From NCBI RefSeq assembly GCF_963921235.1, contig NC_086097.1, positions 177,012,001-177,076,000 on the forward strand: DNA of 64,000 nt, given 5' to 3'. The notes under the pieces are model-generated. The model had not been told where the DNA came from. It made no database searches and was given only the letters and a program-made list of their open reading frames with translations. Origin of the DNA: Mobula hypostoma (taxonomy: Eukaryota). The position numbers were made by a program, and so were the translations under genes. Of the stretch, positions 48,651 to 62,545 are shown piece by piece (position 1 is the first letter of the stretch; each line of letters begins with the position of its first letter).

Positions 48651-50696
48651 CTCCATTAGTTGAGCAAAATGGCTTGCTCCTATTCCTTATGTTCTCATAT
48701 TGTTTCGTGGGAAAAGTATGGGTCAATTTGTGCACAGCAAGCTTCCACAATCAGCACTATGATATTAAGCAGATTTCCTGTTTCGGTGTCATTGGGAGAG
48801 AGACAGAGATCCTTCAGGATACTAGGGGTAACTCTGCTGCTGCTCCTGAGTCACAGAGCCATGCAGCACAGAAGCAGGCCCTTTGGCCTAACTCATCCAT
48901 ACTGACCAAGATGGCCATCCAAGCTAGTCCTGTCTGCCTACACTTGACCCATATCCCTCTAATCTTTTCCTATCCATGTGCTGATCCAGCTGCCTTTTCA
49001 AAGTTATTAATGCATCTGCCTCAACCACTTTCTCCAGCGGCTAGTTCCAATTAATGACAGTCCTCTGGGTGAAAAAGTTGCCCCTTAGATTCCTATAAAA
49101 TTCTGGGAAAGAACATGTGCCTTTTCTTTAATTATTCCCCTCATGACTTCATACATCTCTTATTCTCCCAAATTGCTGAACCTCCCTCCATAACTCTGTT
49201 GCTCAAGTCCTGACAGCAACCTTTTCTGAACTCTTTCTAACTTAATGGCATCTTTCCTACAGCAGGATGACCAAAACTGAACACAATACTCTAGATGCAG
49301 CCATATTACCAACTCCCTTTATCCCCGGGACTATTGAGAGATAAATCTGCTTGGCGCCTTCTCCAAGGTCATGATGTCCTTTATATTCTGCTACCTGAAC
49401 AAGTGCAGGGGACCTGAATAGTACACTTCAGACATCAAGAAACACCTTGGTTGTTTTCATCCTCAGTCAATAGAACATTTACTAGGATCACGATCAGAAT
49501 ATCCAGTCCCATCTGAACAGAACTCGTGGTATCTCCTTCAGTCTCAATGAATGCAGACTGGGAAAGGATTCAGTGTGATGAAGTAAATAAACAACATTAA
49601 TCTGCTTCATTTCACAGCAGTTCAAGCTGAAGCTGTCTACCTGGTTCTAAACAATCTAAGTACTAATTAAGTAGCATATGATGGCTCACACTACATACAG
49701 CACTGATATCATAAGGGCAACAGGCCCTTCAGCCCATTGATTCTATGCTGACTATTAAGCAGCCACTGACACATTCATCTGCATTCTGTATTTTGTTACT
49801 GTTATTGTTTTTCCATTTTACTACCCCAATGTACTTGCTGTATATATGGAACGATCTGTCCAGATGGCAAGCAAAACAAAGTTTTTCACTGTACCTTTTG
49901 TAATAATAAATCAATTTACCATTTACTAATTGATCCCATTTTATTCTCCCCACATTCCCACCAGATTCTACCTCTCACCTACACACTAGGGGCAGTTTAC
50001 AGCAGCCAATTAACTTAACTGAACTGCATGTTTTTGGGATGGGGAGCACTGAGAGAGGCTGGAAACTCCAAAAGGTCAGGACCTCACTGTGGGGGGGGGG
50101 GTCAGGCTTTTGGCCCATGATGTCCATGCCAAAATTAAAACTACTTCTCTTCTGCATGCACATGATCCATATCCATTATCCATTCACTGCGTGTCCATGT
50201 GTCTAACTAACAGCCTCTTAAACAGCACTATCATATCTGCCTCCAACAGCACCCCTGGCAGTCTGTTCCGGGCACCCACCACTCTGTGTAGAAGTTTTGT
50301 CCGACACTTCTTGAAACTTCCTTTCTCACCCTCAAAGTATGTCTTCTAATATTTGACATTTCAGCCCTGGGAAGAGGATTCTGGCTGCCTACTCTATTTA
50401 TGCCAAAACTTCTATCAGTTTCCCTCAGCCTCGCATGGTCCAGAGAAAACAACCCATGTTTGTCCAACCTGTCCTTATAGCACATAGCAGGCAGGATTGT
50501 GATTCCTGGTGAACCTCCCCTGCACCACCCCAAAAGCCTGCACATCTTTCCTGCAGTGGGGTGACCAGAACTATACAGAATAAGCATAACAATCACTAAG
50601 CGCCAGCACACTCATGCCTTCAGTCAGAGTTACCATATGACTTAGGTTTTGAGGGAGAGGCTGTCATAACTTTCACAGACTTTCTGAATAAGCACT

Positions 50697-51074
50697 TGGA
50701 TGATGAGCAGTGGATGATGAGGAGTGGATGATGAGCAGTGGATGATGAGGAGTGGATGATGAGGAGTGGATGATGAGCAGTGGATGATGAGGAGTGGATG
50801 ATGAGCAGTGGATGATGAGGAGTGGATGATGAGCAGTGGATGATGAGGAGTGGATGATGAGGAGTGGATGATGAGCAGTGGATGATGAGCAGTGGATGAT
50901 GAGGAGTGGATGATGAGCAGTGGATGATGAGCAGCGGATGATGAGGAGTGGCTGATGAGCAGTGGATGATGAGGAGTGGATGATGAGCAGTGGATGATGA
51001 GCAGTGGATGATGAGGAGTGGATGATGAGCAGTGGATGATGAGGAGTGGATGATGAGCAGTGGATGATGAGGAG
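50697..51074. repeat. Minisatellite, 27 x 14 bp TGGATGATGAG(C/G)AG
   Basis: 378 bp = 27 units; two interspersed variants, plus rare point changes. Confidence 0.95.
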
Positions 51075-51429
51075 GAGCTAAAGATGGCACCAGAGGGTGA
51101 CTTTTTTGAGTTAATCTGTGAAACAGTTTAAATTCTTCATTTTATGTCTCTTCTTTCCTTTTCAAGGCGGCTGAGTCCATCACCTACAGCTGCACAAACT
51201 GCAGTTCTTCAAGGTGGTGAGTTCTCGTTCTCAGAGCTCATCAAGCGGCCTTGTGTTTTCGATATCTTCAGGAGTGGCCTGAAAGATGTGCGCCTTCTGG
51301 GTGCAGCCTGTGCACCCCTGAGGACAACCCAATTCCTCACTGCTGTTGCCAGCTGGAGCGTCACAGAAGATCGGAACATCGAGACAGCACATATGGCTGT
51401 CAGAGCCCATTGTACTAGAGTAATCGCCT

Positions 51430-51479
51430 TCTCTCTCTCTCTCTGTCTCTCTCTCTCTGTCTCTCTCTCTCTCTCTCTC
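51430..51479. repeat. (CT)n microsatellite
   Basis: Direct read, with occasional GT interruptions. Confidence 0.9.
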
Positions 51480-51480
51480 A

Positions 51481-54400
51481 AGAAAAGGACACCCGCATGG
51501 TTTGTTGCCTCCCGGGTGCCAAGGTCTAGGATGTCTCTGACCGAGTGCACGACATCCTGGTATGAGAGGGAAAGCAACCAGAAGTCGTGATACATGTTGG
51601 GACCAACAACATACACAGGAAGAGGGATGAGGTCCTGAAGTGTGAGTTTCGGGAATTAAGCAGAAGGCTGAAGAACAAGACCTCAAGGACGACGTTCTCA
51701 GGATTGCTGCCAGTGCTACGTGACAGAGATGGTAAGAATTGGAGGAGATGGCAGTTGAATGCGTGGCTGAGGAGTTGGTGCAGGGAGCAGGGTTTTAGAT
51801 TTTAAGATCATTGGGATCTCTTCTGCGAAAGGTGGGACCTGTGCATTGCACCTGAACTCGAGGGGGAGCAATATCCTTGCAGGTAGGTTTGCTAGCATGG
51901 TTCGGGAGGGTTTAAACTAATTTGCGAGGGGGATGGGACCCAGAGCGATAGAGCAGTGAAAGAAGTGCATGGAGTAAAGCCAGATCTAACATACAGAGAG
52001 GCTTTGAGGAAAGAGAAGCAGGATAAACGGTGTAAAGACAGTAAGGTAGAAGGGCTGAAATGTGTGTACCTCAATGCAAGAAGCATCAGGAACAAAGGTG
52101 ATGAACTGAGAGCTTGGGTACATACATGGAATTATGATGCAGTGGCCATTACAGAGACTTGGCTGGAACCAGGGCAGAAATGGATTCTCAATATTCATGG
52201 ATTTCAGTGCTTTAAGAGGGATAGAGAGGGCGCAAAAAGGGGAGGAGGGGTGGCATTACTGGTCAGGGAGACTATTACAGCTACAGAAAGGGGGGGTAAT
52301 GTAGCAGGATCCTCTTTTGAGTCAATATGGGTGGAAGTCAGGAACAGGAAGGGAGCAGTTACTCTACTGGGGGTATTCTATAAGCCCCCTGGTAGTAGCA
52401 GAGATACAGAGGAGCAGATTGGGAGGCAGATTTTGGAAAGGTGCAAAAATAACAGGGTTGTTATCATGGGTGACTTTAACTTCCCTAATATTGATTGGCA
52501 CCTGATTAATTCCAAGGGTTTAGATGGGGCAGAATTTGTTAAGTGTGTCCAGGATGGATTCCTGTCACAGTATGTGGACAGGCCGACCAGGGGGAATGCC
52601 ATACTAGATCTAGTACTAGGTAATGAAGCGGGTCAGCTCACAGATCTCTCAGTGGGTGAGCATCTGGGGCACAGTGACCACTGCTCCCTGGCCTTTATAA
52701 TTATCATGGAAAAGGATAGAATCAAAGAGGACAGGAAAATTTTTAATTGGGGAAAGGCAAATTATGAGGCTATAAGGCTAGAACTTGTGGGTGTGAATTG
52801 GGATGATGTTTTTGCAGGGAAATGTACTATGGACATGTGGTCGATGTTTAGAGATCTCTTGCAGGATGTTAGGGATAAATTTGTCCCAGTGAGGAAGATA
52901 AAGAATGGTAGGGTGAAGGAACCATGGGTGACAAGTGAGGTGGAAAATCTAGTCAGGAGGAAGAAGGCAGCATACATGATGTTTAGGAAGCAAGGATCAG
53001 ATGGGTCTATTGAGGAATATAGGGAAGCAAGAAAGGAGCTTAAGGAGGGGCTGAGAAGAGCAAGAAGGGGGCATGAGAAGGCCTTGGCGAGTAGGGTAAA
53101 GGAAAACCCCAAGGCATTCTTCAATTATGTGAAGAATAAAAGGATGACAGGAGTGAAGGTAGGACCGATTAGAGATAAAGGTGGGAAGATGTGCCTGGAG
53201 GCTGTGGAAGAGAGTGAGGTCCTCAATGAATACTTCTCTTCGGTATTCACCAATGAGAGGGAACTTGATGATGGTGAGGACAATATGAGTGAGGTTGATG
53301 TTCTGGAGCATGCTGATATTAAGGGAGAGGAGGTGTTGGAGTTGTTAAAATACATTAGGACAGATAAGTCCCTGGGGCCTGACGGAATATTCCATAGGCT
53401 GCTCCCCGAGGCGAGAGAAGAGATTGCTGAGCCTCTGGCTAGGATCTTTATGTCCTCGTTGTCCACGGGAATGGTACCGGAGGATTGGAGGGAGGCGAAT
53501 ATTGTCCCCTTGTTCAAAAAAGGTAGTAGGGATAGTCCGGGTAATTATAGACCAGTGAGCCTTACGTCTATGGTGGGAAAGCTGTTGGAAAAGATTCTTA
53601 GAGATAGGATCTATAGGCATTTACAGAATCATGGTCTGATCAGGGACAGTCAGCATGGCTTTGTGAAGGGCAGATCGTGTCTAACAAGCCTGATAGAGTT
53701 CTTTGAGGAGGTGACCAGGCATATAGATGAGGGTAGTGCAGTGGATGTGATCTATATGGATTTTAGTAAGGCATTTAACAAGGTTCCACATGGTAGGCTT
53801 ATTCAGAAAGTTAGAAGGCATGGGATCCAGGGAAGTTTGGCCAGGTGGATTCAGAATTGGCTTGCCTGCAGAAGGCAGAGGGTGGTGGTGGAGGGAGTAC
53901 ATTCAGATTGGAGGATTGTGACTAGTGGTGTCCCACAAGGATCTGTTCTGGGACCTCTACTTTTCGTGATTTTTATTAACGACCTGGATGTGGGGGTAGA
54001 AGGGTGGGTTGGCAAGTTTGCAGACGACACAAAGGTTGGTGGTGTTGTAGATAGTGTAGAGAATTGTCAAAGATTGCAGAGAGACATTGATAGGATGCAG
54101 AAGTGGACTGAGAAGTGGCAGATGGAGTTCATCCCGGAGAAGTGTGAGGTGGTACACTTTGGAAGGACAAACTCCAAGGCAGAGTACAAAGTAAATGGCA
54201 GGATACTTGGTAGTGTGGAGGAGCAGAGGGATATCGGGGTACATGTCCACAGATCCCTGAAAGTTGCCTCACAGGTGGATAGGGTAGTTAAGAAAGCTTA
54301 TGGGGTGTTAGCTTTCATAAGTCGAGGGATAGAGTTTAAGTGTCGCGGTGTAATGATGCAGCTCTATAAAACTCTGGTTAGGCCACACTTGGAGTATTGT

Positions 54401-54912
54401 GTCTAATTCTGGTCACCTCACTATAGGAAGGATGTGGAAGCAATGGATAGGGTACAGAGGAGACTTACCAGAATGCTTCCTGGTTTAGAGAGTATGCATT
54501 ATGATCAGAGATTAAGGGAGCTAGGGCTTTACTCTTTGGAGAGAAGGAGGATGAGAGGAGACATGATAGAGGTGTACAAGATAATTAGAGGAATAGATAG
54601 AGTGGATAGCCAGCGCCTCTTCCCCAGGGCACCAGTGCTCAATACAAGAGGACATGGCTTTAAGGTAAGGGGTGGGAAGTTCAAGCGGGATGTTAGAGGA
54701 AGATTTTTTACTCAGTGAGTGGTTGGTGTGTGGAATGCACTGCCTGAGTCAGTGGTGGAGGCAGATACACTAGTGAAGTTTAAGAGACTACTAGACAGGT
54801 ATATGGAGGAATCTAAGGTGGGGGCTTATATGGGAGGCGGGGTTTGAGGGTCGGCACAACATTGTGGGCCGAAGGGCCTGTACTGTGCTGTACTATTCTA
54901 TGTTCTATGTTC
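51481..54912 (+). mobile_element. CR1 LINE with 3' half of ORF1 and near-complete ORF2
   Basis: ORF1 esterase-like remnant IHVGTNNI..FSGLLPV..LNAWLRSWC; 816-codon ORF2; (CTATGTT)n tail. Confidence 0.95.
51956..54847 (+). pseudogene. CR1 ORF2 (APE endonuclease + RT) with premature stops near the C-terminus
   Basis: NARS, ITETW, GDFN, SDH, GVPQGSVLGP, FADD present; in-frame TAA at 54404-54406 and TGA at 54716-54718. Confidence 0.9.
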
Positions 54913-55029
54913 AATGGTGAGAGAAAGTTCGTTCCTGATTCTCAAGTTGGGGGAACTCAAAATAAAGTGACGCTGCAGACTGTAATGTCGAAACTGTGAA
55001 CTGCTGGCAACATCAAAATCTTATCAAAG

Positions 55030-55195
55030 TTTGTCTCCATAGATGCTGCCTGACCTGCTGAGTTCCTCCAGAATTTTGTATGTGTTGCTCAGGCTTCTGC
55101 CCTCTTCCTTTCCAGACCTGATGAAGGGTCTTGGCCTGAAATGATGATTGCATGTATCCCTCCATGGATGCTGCCTGACGGCTGAGTTCCTTCAC
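55030..55195 (+). mobile_element. Penelope-derived element in partial direct-tandem arrangement
   Basis: 'tccatagatgctgcctgacctgctgagttcctcca' repeated as 'tccatggatgctgcctgacggctgagttccttca', with CTGATGAAGGGTCTTGGCCTGAAA between them. Confidence 0.65.
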
Positions 55196-56686
55196 TATCA
55201 GAAGAGGCCCTGCTACCACTACAAAGAAGACCAAGGGACTATAGTTTGACAATTGTGCTCATTGTTTATCACTCAGTCAACTTCCGTTAACATCACGTTG
55301 GCTTTTTCATGTTTTTGAGACCGAACAGTTCCAAAGGTATTAATTCGATCCTGACCTTCGTTGCGACCTGCATCAATTTGCATCTTCTTCCTGCAGCTCT
55401 ATGGGCTTCTACATTACACACATACCACATGCATGCAGGATAGTGGATTAGTTATCCACTGTAAATTGGTCCTAGTGTGTGGGTGAGTGATACAGTCTGG
55501 CGGAGTTAATGGGAATGTCACAATGTGATATCACTAAAGCCAGCCTTTCCTCTGTGTAGGCTGTCTACACTTCGCGATGCCTCAGTAAACCATCAACATA
55601 ATCAAAGGCCAGTCCCACCCTGTACGTTCTCTCTTCTCCATCCTCCCATTGGGCAGAAGATATAAATGTCTGAAAGCATGTACCCCTAGGGTCCAGTACA
55701 CCTTCTGTCCTGCTGTTATAAAACTATTGAACAGTCCCTTTGTAAGATAACATGAACTCTTGACCTATCTGCCTATGACCTTGAACCTTATTGCCTACCT
55801 GCACTGCACTTTCTCTGTAACTGTAGCACTTCATTCTGAATTAGATTATTATTTTCCCTTGTACTACGTCAATGTGATGAAATTATCTGTGCAAATGGCA
55901 TTCTAAATAAAAGTTTTTTTAACTATATCTCAGCACAAGTGACAAAAATAAACCAATTAATTTGTTTATCAAAGTAAGGAGAATAAAATGGGGTAAGTGT
56001 AAATGTGAACTTGATGGCTGAGAGAGACTCAGTGATTTAGCGTGTCCATTGCCTTGCTCTATGATCCTATGATTCCATGTGCTGTGCTTGATTGGAATAG
56101 TGCTTTGAGCTCACAAGATGCATCACAAAAATACTTTCTTCCTCAATAAAGAGCAGATACATTTAGTCACATTGTGCCAGTTTACCAGTGTTTGATGGGG
56201 CTATTCTACAAAGGGCAAAAAAAATCTTACTGAAGGAACTCAGCATGTCAAGCTGCATCAGAAGGTGGGAAAGGAATTGTGGACATTTTGGGTCAAGACT
56301 CTTCAGATGCTGATCAACCCTCAGAGATCTTCCAGCAGTTTCGGTTTTGCTCCAGAATCCAGCATCAGCAGATTCTTGTGTCTCTGTTATATGAGGGGAT
56401 TATTAAATACCCTCAATTTATGCTGGCTGGGTGCCATCAAACTTCCATATATCCTTCAGAAAGTACAAGAAACATCACTGATTATGTGTCCCAATGGATC
56501 CTAGGATACATCTCAGCATCAGATCAGTAGCTATTAAACTGGTAATTGCTTTTTTATTGTCACATGTACCGAGATACAGTAAAAAAACTTTGCACACCAT
56601 CCAGCAAGATCATTCCATAAATAACTACATTGAGGTAGTACAAAAGAAAGACAAAACAAAATTCAGAATATAGGTTTACAGTTATA

Positions 56687-56892
56687 GCTGGCCAGTGGTG
56701 TAGCAGCATCAGGAAAATAAACTTTGAGGCAAATGATCTCGTGTTTGAATTCAGCCGGCTCCTTGCATGCTTTCCATCTGTGCTGGATTGAGCATCAAAC
56801 TAGCCACTCGGCCTCGTAAAACAGACAAATGCTAAGGAAACGGCAAAAAACGCTGCCCAATGCACCACAAGGCTCAAAAAGAAACAACCACA
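56687..56892 (+). mobile_element. tRNA-derived SINE
   Basis: A-box-like TGGTGTAGCAGC and B-box-like GTTTGAATTC; (CAA)-like tail; 15-bp TSD AGGTTTACAGT(T/A)ATA (56672-56686, 56893-56907). Confidence 0.65.
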
Positions 56893-57494
56893 AGGTTTAC
56901 AGTAATACAGAAAGTGCAGTGCATGTAAACAAACAAGGTGCAAGGACCAAGATAAGTTATATTGAGAGATCAAGAGTTCCTCTTTATCATATGAAGTCAA
57001 TTCAAGAAGCTCATTAACAGCAGATAGAAGCTGTTCTTGTGTCTAGTGGTATACCAAGCTTTTATACCTTCTGCCCAATGGGAGGGCAGAGAAGAAAAAA
57101 TGATCAAAGTGGAAGGAGTCTCGATTACGTTGACTGCATTCCTTAGGCAGCAGGAAGTGTAACTAGAGTCCATGAAGGGGTTGTGTGTGGCGGGGGGGGG
57201 GTGGTTTCTGTGATGTGCTGAGCTGTTTCCACAGCTCGGTGTACTCTTGGGTGGAGCAGTTGCTATACCAAGCTGTGATGCATCTGGATAGGAGGTTTTC
57301 TATGGTGCATCTGTACATCACATATAAACAGCAAATACCTGGTAAGAGTCAATCAGCCTCTATGAAAATCCAGCTGTTAATGTTGCAGTGGGCTTCCAGA
57401 TTCTCTTTGTAAGTCAACCCTGGTGTGCTCAGTCAGCAAAAGTAACTTCACCAGCATTTTCAGGCAGCAACCCAAATCCAGACAGGAGACCTCA

Positions 57495-57720
57495 GGGATG
57501 CTGGTGCAGCTGCTGCCTCACAGTGAGAGACACCTGGACTCATTCCTGACCTTAGGTACTGTAAGTTTGGAGTTTTCACGCTCACCCTGGGACCACATGG
57601 GTTTCCCTGGGTGTTTCCTTTTCCTCCCATGTCCCACAGCTGTGTGTTTTATAGTTCATCTGCCACTGAAAATGACCCTTAGTGTGTGTAGCTGTGTGGT
57701 GGAATTTGGTGGGAACGTGG
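57495..57720 (+). mobile_element. Decayed V-SINE-like element
   Basis: tRNA-like head 'gctgctgcctcacagtgagagacacctggactcattcct' followed by a V-domain-like 'tggagttttcacgctcaccctgggaccacatgggtttccctgggtg...ttcctcccat'. Confidence 0.55.
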
Positions 57721-58319
57721 GGATAATATTATGTTTCTGTGCTGCATTCTTCAAAGGCTTTGTGATCTATGACTCTAAAAGCTGATGTTTATTCTGCTAG
57801 AACAGAACGTGCTGAGAGCAGATTTGACAGGGATGTTTGCAAATCATGAAATACTTTGATAGCTTGAATGAGAACCTGCTTCCACTGATAGGAAGGCTGA
57901 TAGGCAGAGGGAAGACCTGACATGTGGGCAGCTGCTGAAAGCATCTCTCCCAGTGCTGGGAACTTGTGTGGAGGACACTGCCAACTTCAGCAGTAAAACG
58001 GTACCCAGTGAGGTTGGAATATAGGCACCTTCTGCAACTGAGGCACACAACACCGTGCTCCAATTCACCACATTCCAGTACATTGAGTTCTGCCTTCTCT
58101 GCTCACTTTGAAAAGGGGCACAATCTCAGCAGGAATGAAAATATATGAAAAAACAAAACAGCAGATGCTGCAAATCTGAAACAAAAGCAGAAGTTGCTGG
58201 AAACACTGACAAAACCATCAATGTCAGCAAAGCGAAAGGATGGAGAGCAGTGCACTCGCTCCTCTTTACATTAATTCTGTTGAGGTTGACAGGATTGAGA
58301 GACTGAAGTTCCTAGGAAC

Positions 58320-59522
58320 TTCACCAATTGTCTGTCCATCAACCAGACAGGACAACCAGAAAAGGTTCCCTTTATTCCCAGTCTTTGCCTCCTGCCAATC
58401 AACCAATGCGCTGTCCATGGGAGTATCTTTCCTATAAAACCATGGGCTTTTACTTGTCAAACAGCCTCATGTGTGGCACCTTGTCAAAGGCCTTCTGAAA
58501 ATCCAAGTACATAATATCCACTGATAGTCCTTTGTCTAACATGCTTGTTATTTCTGCAAAGAATTCCAACAGACTTGTCAGGCAATAGTTTCCCTTAAGG
58601 AAACCATGCTGACTTCAGCCTTTTTTATCATGTGCCTCCAAGTACCTCAACACCACATCCATAACAATCAACTCCAACATCTTCCCAACTGCTGAAGTCA
58701 GATTAACTGGCCTGTAATCCTGCCTTTAGAATACTTTTCCTTCATTAGGATGTAGCTATTTTACATCTTCTGAATTGTCCCTAGAAACTCCAGACATTGC
58801 TGCTCTGCCATCATCCCTGCTAGCAACCCCTTCCAATCAACTTTGGTCAGCTCTTATCTCCTGCCTCTTTAATTCCCTTTACTCTACTGTAATACAGCTA
58901 CATCAGACTTTAGCTTCTCCTTCTCAAATTGCACCGTGAGTTCTATCGTATTACAATCACTGGCTCCTAAGTATTCCTTTACCTTAAGCTCACTAACCAA
59001 TTACAGTTCATTGCACAACGCCCAATCCAGAATAGTTGATCCCCTAGTGAGTTCAACCATGAGCTGTTCTAAAAAGCCATCTTATAGGCATTCTACAAAT
59101 TCCTCCTCTTTGGATCCAGCAACAACCTGGTTTTCCCAATCTACCTGTGTATTGAAATCCCCCATCACTATCACAACATTTCTCTTTTGACATGCATTTT
59201 CTATCTCCTAATGTAATCTGTAGCCCACATCCTGCCTACAGTTCAGAGGCCGGTATAAAATTCCCATTAGGGTCTTTTACTCTTGCGGTTTCTTAGCTCT
59301 ACCACATTGATTCTACACCTTCTGATCCCATGTCATCTCTTTCTAAGGATTTGATTTCATTTTTTACCAACAGAAGCACACCATACCTTCTGCCTACCTG
59401 CCTGTCCTTTTAATACAACGTGTATCCTTGGATGATAAGCTCCCAGCTATAATCTCCTTTCAGCCACAATTCAGTTGATGCTCACAGCATCATACGTGCC
59501 AATCCGTAACTGTGCTACAAGT
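58320..59522 (-). mobile_element. Old internally deleted CR1 ORF2 fragment
   Basis: Matches the endonuclease and RT regions of 10110-14100 and 35738-39150 (e.g. 'ccttgtcaaaggccttctgaaaatccaagtac'). Confidence 0.7.
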
Positions 59523-60771
59523 TCAGAGAGCTGTCAACATATTACAGTACCCAGCCTTCCCTCCATGGACTCTGTCTACACTTCCCACTGCCTCCGTAAA
59601 GTAGTCAGCATAAGCAAAGGCTCCACCCACACCAAATATTCTCTCTCCTCACCAGAATATTAAAAAAGCCTGAAAGTAGGTACAACTAGGCTTAAGGATA
59701 GCTTCCACTCCACTGTTATAAGTCTATTGAATGGTTGCCTAGTACAATAAGATGAATTCATGACCTCACATTCTCCTTTCATTGTGACCTTGCATTTTAT
59801 CATCTACCTACACTTTCTCTATAGCTGTTACACTTTATTCTGCATTCTGTTATTGTTTTACCTTGTACTACCTCAATGTACAGCATGCAAGACAAGCTTT
59901 TCACTGCACCTCTTATCTGTGACAAAAATAAACCAATTCCAGTTCCAGTCCCAATTCTAATTCCACTGTTTACACCACCACCTGGTATGGAGGCTCCAAT
60001 GCACAGAACCACAAGAGGCTGCTGAGGGTTGTAGACACAGCCAGCTCTATCACAGGCACAACCCTCCCCACCACTGACGACGTTTTCAAGAAGTGACACC
60101 TCATGAGGCCGTGTTCATCTCTAAGGACCCTTACCATCAGGGACATGCCCCCTCCTTGCTACTGCCATCAGGGAGGAGGTACAGGAGCCTGAAGAACAAC
60201 ACCCAAAAATGCAGAATCAGCTTCTTCCCCTCCACCATCAAAATTATCAACGGTCCATGGACACCTCTTCTTTATTCCTTTTGCAATTTTATTCCATGCT
60301 TTTTTTATTTTTATTTTTTAATTCATTGTAACGTAATGCCTCGCATTGTGCTGCTGCCGCAAAACAGTGAATTTCACATAATCTAAGTCAGTGACAATAA
60401 ATTGATTCTACTCAGCTAGTCAGGCAGCATCTGTGGAGAAAGACAGAAAGATAAAAATCATTAGTATTTCTTCTTAGCCATGATCATATGAATGGTAAGG
60501 AGGGCTTGAAGGGCCGAATGGCTGACTCCTGCTCCTGTTTTTTCATGTCCTTGAGCTCAGGGACTAAGCAGCTGAAGATAATGGCAGAAGAGTGAAAATT
60601 AAGGAAAAAGGAGATGCCACAGTTAGAGGAACTCAGAATTCTTAGTGGGCACAAAGCATGGTGGCAATTGCAGTGACCGGCTCTATATACTGAGCTTATT
60701 TTCAGAAACAAATTTGTCTTATGCCTTTCATTTGTTTCACAACTATCATTGTGGGTTGGGTAGAAAATGAA

Positions 60772-61023
60772 ATAGTACAGAGGAGGTGTCAGGGGTAAGC
60801 TTTTTACACGGAGAGTGGTGAGTGCGTGGAATAGACTGCTAGCGACAGTGGTGGAGGCGGATATGACAGGGTCTTTTAAGAGACTCCGGGATAAATACAT
60901 GGAGCTTAGAAAAATAGAGGGCTATGGGTAGCACTAGGTAAGTTTTAAATTAAGTACATGTTCGGCACAGCATCGTGGGCCGAAGAGCCTGTATTGTGCT
61001 GTAGCTTTTCTATGTTTCTATGT
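60772..61023 (+). mobile_element. CR1 3' fragment
   Basis: Highly similar to 43290-43546; ctatgtttctatgt tail. Confidence 0.8.
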
Positions 61024-61909
61024 AAACCAATAATGCTTGCAAGTTTCAAAGATGCTTGCAGTAGGCTTATCTGTACATTCCCACCATGCATTAATCTTTA
61101 TTTTCCAGTAATTTTAATAGATATAAAAGAAATAGTCAGTATACCAGAATGACAGGAAGTCAGCTTCCAGTATGTTTTACAGCTACAGTATTGTGAAATA
61201 GTACCGCATTAATCATGAAGGGAAGAGATGTGTTCCTTCTTCAGCACAATATCATTATCTATCTGAAATTTTTCATTTAATAAGATGACAATTCAAACAG
61301 AAAAGAAGATCAAGCTGTCAACCAACTCTTCTTTGGTTGACTCTGGAAGCCAGGATTCTTGTTTCAAGACTTGTGTGAGACTGATAAGGCTTTAAAAGAT
61401 TTATTGTAATTTCAAGATTCTCAGAGGTGGCAAGATACATGAAATTTAATTTTTTTTTGCTCAGCCATTCGTTGAGATACAGCATCCATCATCTATCAAA
61501 GCCAGGAATATGGAGCTGGTGCTATAGATCACTCACTGCTGAGCACATGTACATCATTCAAGGGTATTGATTACTGAATAAGTATCCCAAAGCTTCTGTT
61601 GCAGGGGAAAATATTTTGCCTCACAATTCATCTCGTACAAGAGGTGACCCTCACGCGCCATAAAGTCCAAATCTATTACAACACAGAGGAGTTCTTTGTG
61701 CGAACATCATAATTTTTCATTTAAATTGGACACTTTCCAATTGATCTTCATTTTCTTTGTTTTATACACAAGTGCACAATCATTCTGAGAACCCTGTCAG
61801 CTGGCTTAACTGCAGCAAATTGTAATGACTATTAACTTTAGTCCAATAGGTAAGGGACTCACCAGCACAGCCAATATGATCATACAGCTCACTAAGTTGT
61901 TGATCCCAT

Positions 61910-62316
61910 CTCTTTATCCTCCCCTGCATTCTCAATCTGCCTATAACCCACTCATTCTTCCCTCTGAGTCCCCTCCTCACCTCTTTCCCTCAATTTCATA
62001 GTCCACTTTCCTCTCCTTTCAGATTCTATCAACTTCAGCTGTTTGTCACTTCCACCCATCACCTACCATCTTTTACATCAGACCCAGTTTCCCAGTCCCT
62101 TACCCTCCTCACCTAGATCCACCTATCACTCAGTCCATCACTTGCTCCACGCCACCTTTTATATGTCTCCTCTTACCTTCCCATCCTGATGAAGGTTCTC
62201 ATCTCAAAATCTCGACTGTCCATTTCCTTCAATAGAAGTTGCATGACCCGTGAGCATCTTCAGCTTCATGTGTGTGGCCCCAGATTTCCAGCATTTGCAG
62301 AATCTCTTGTGTCTCC
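61910..62316 (+). mobile_element. Old Penelope-like 3' UTR with decayed hammerhead and terminal tail
   Basis: C/T-rich tract, then 'atc-ctgatga-aggttctcatctc-aaaat-ctc-gact', ending 'tttccagcatttgcagaatctcttgt'. Confidence 0.55.
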
Positions 62317-62545
62317 TGGTAATTGCTTTTAACTTTTGTCAGTATAATCAATATAACTACATCATATGAAAGTGAGGGAGGAAGATATGACAGAAAAATT
62401 AAACAAATGTTTCATGTCCGTCTCCATGGAGACCCAAAAAGAACTTGTTATAAAAAAAGGCTTGTTACTTCCTTCCATCCAGCCAGTCTCTATGGAGCAT
62501 TGCTTCAGAAAGGCTGTCAGTACTGTAAGGGTTACCTGCCACTTC

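Noticed and set aside
50620..51090. His/Ser-rich 156-aa ORF, or a CRISPR-like array
   Set aside because: Translation of the 14-bp minisatellite; units are contiguous with no unique spacers, and the context is eukaryotic with no cas genes.
57797..58148. Overlapping short ORFs in non-repetitive sequence
   Set aside because: No recognisable homology or convincing splice signals.
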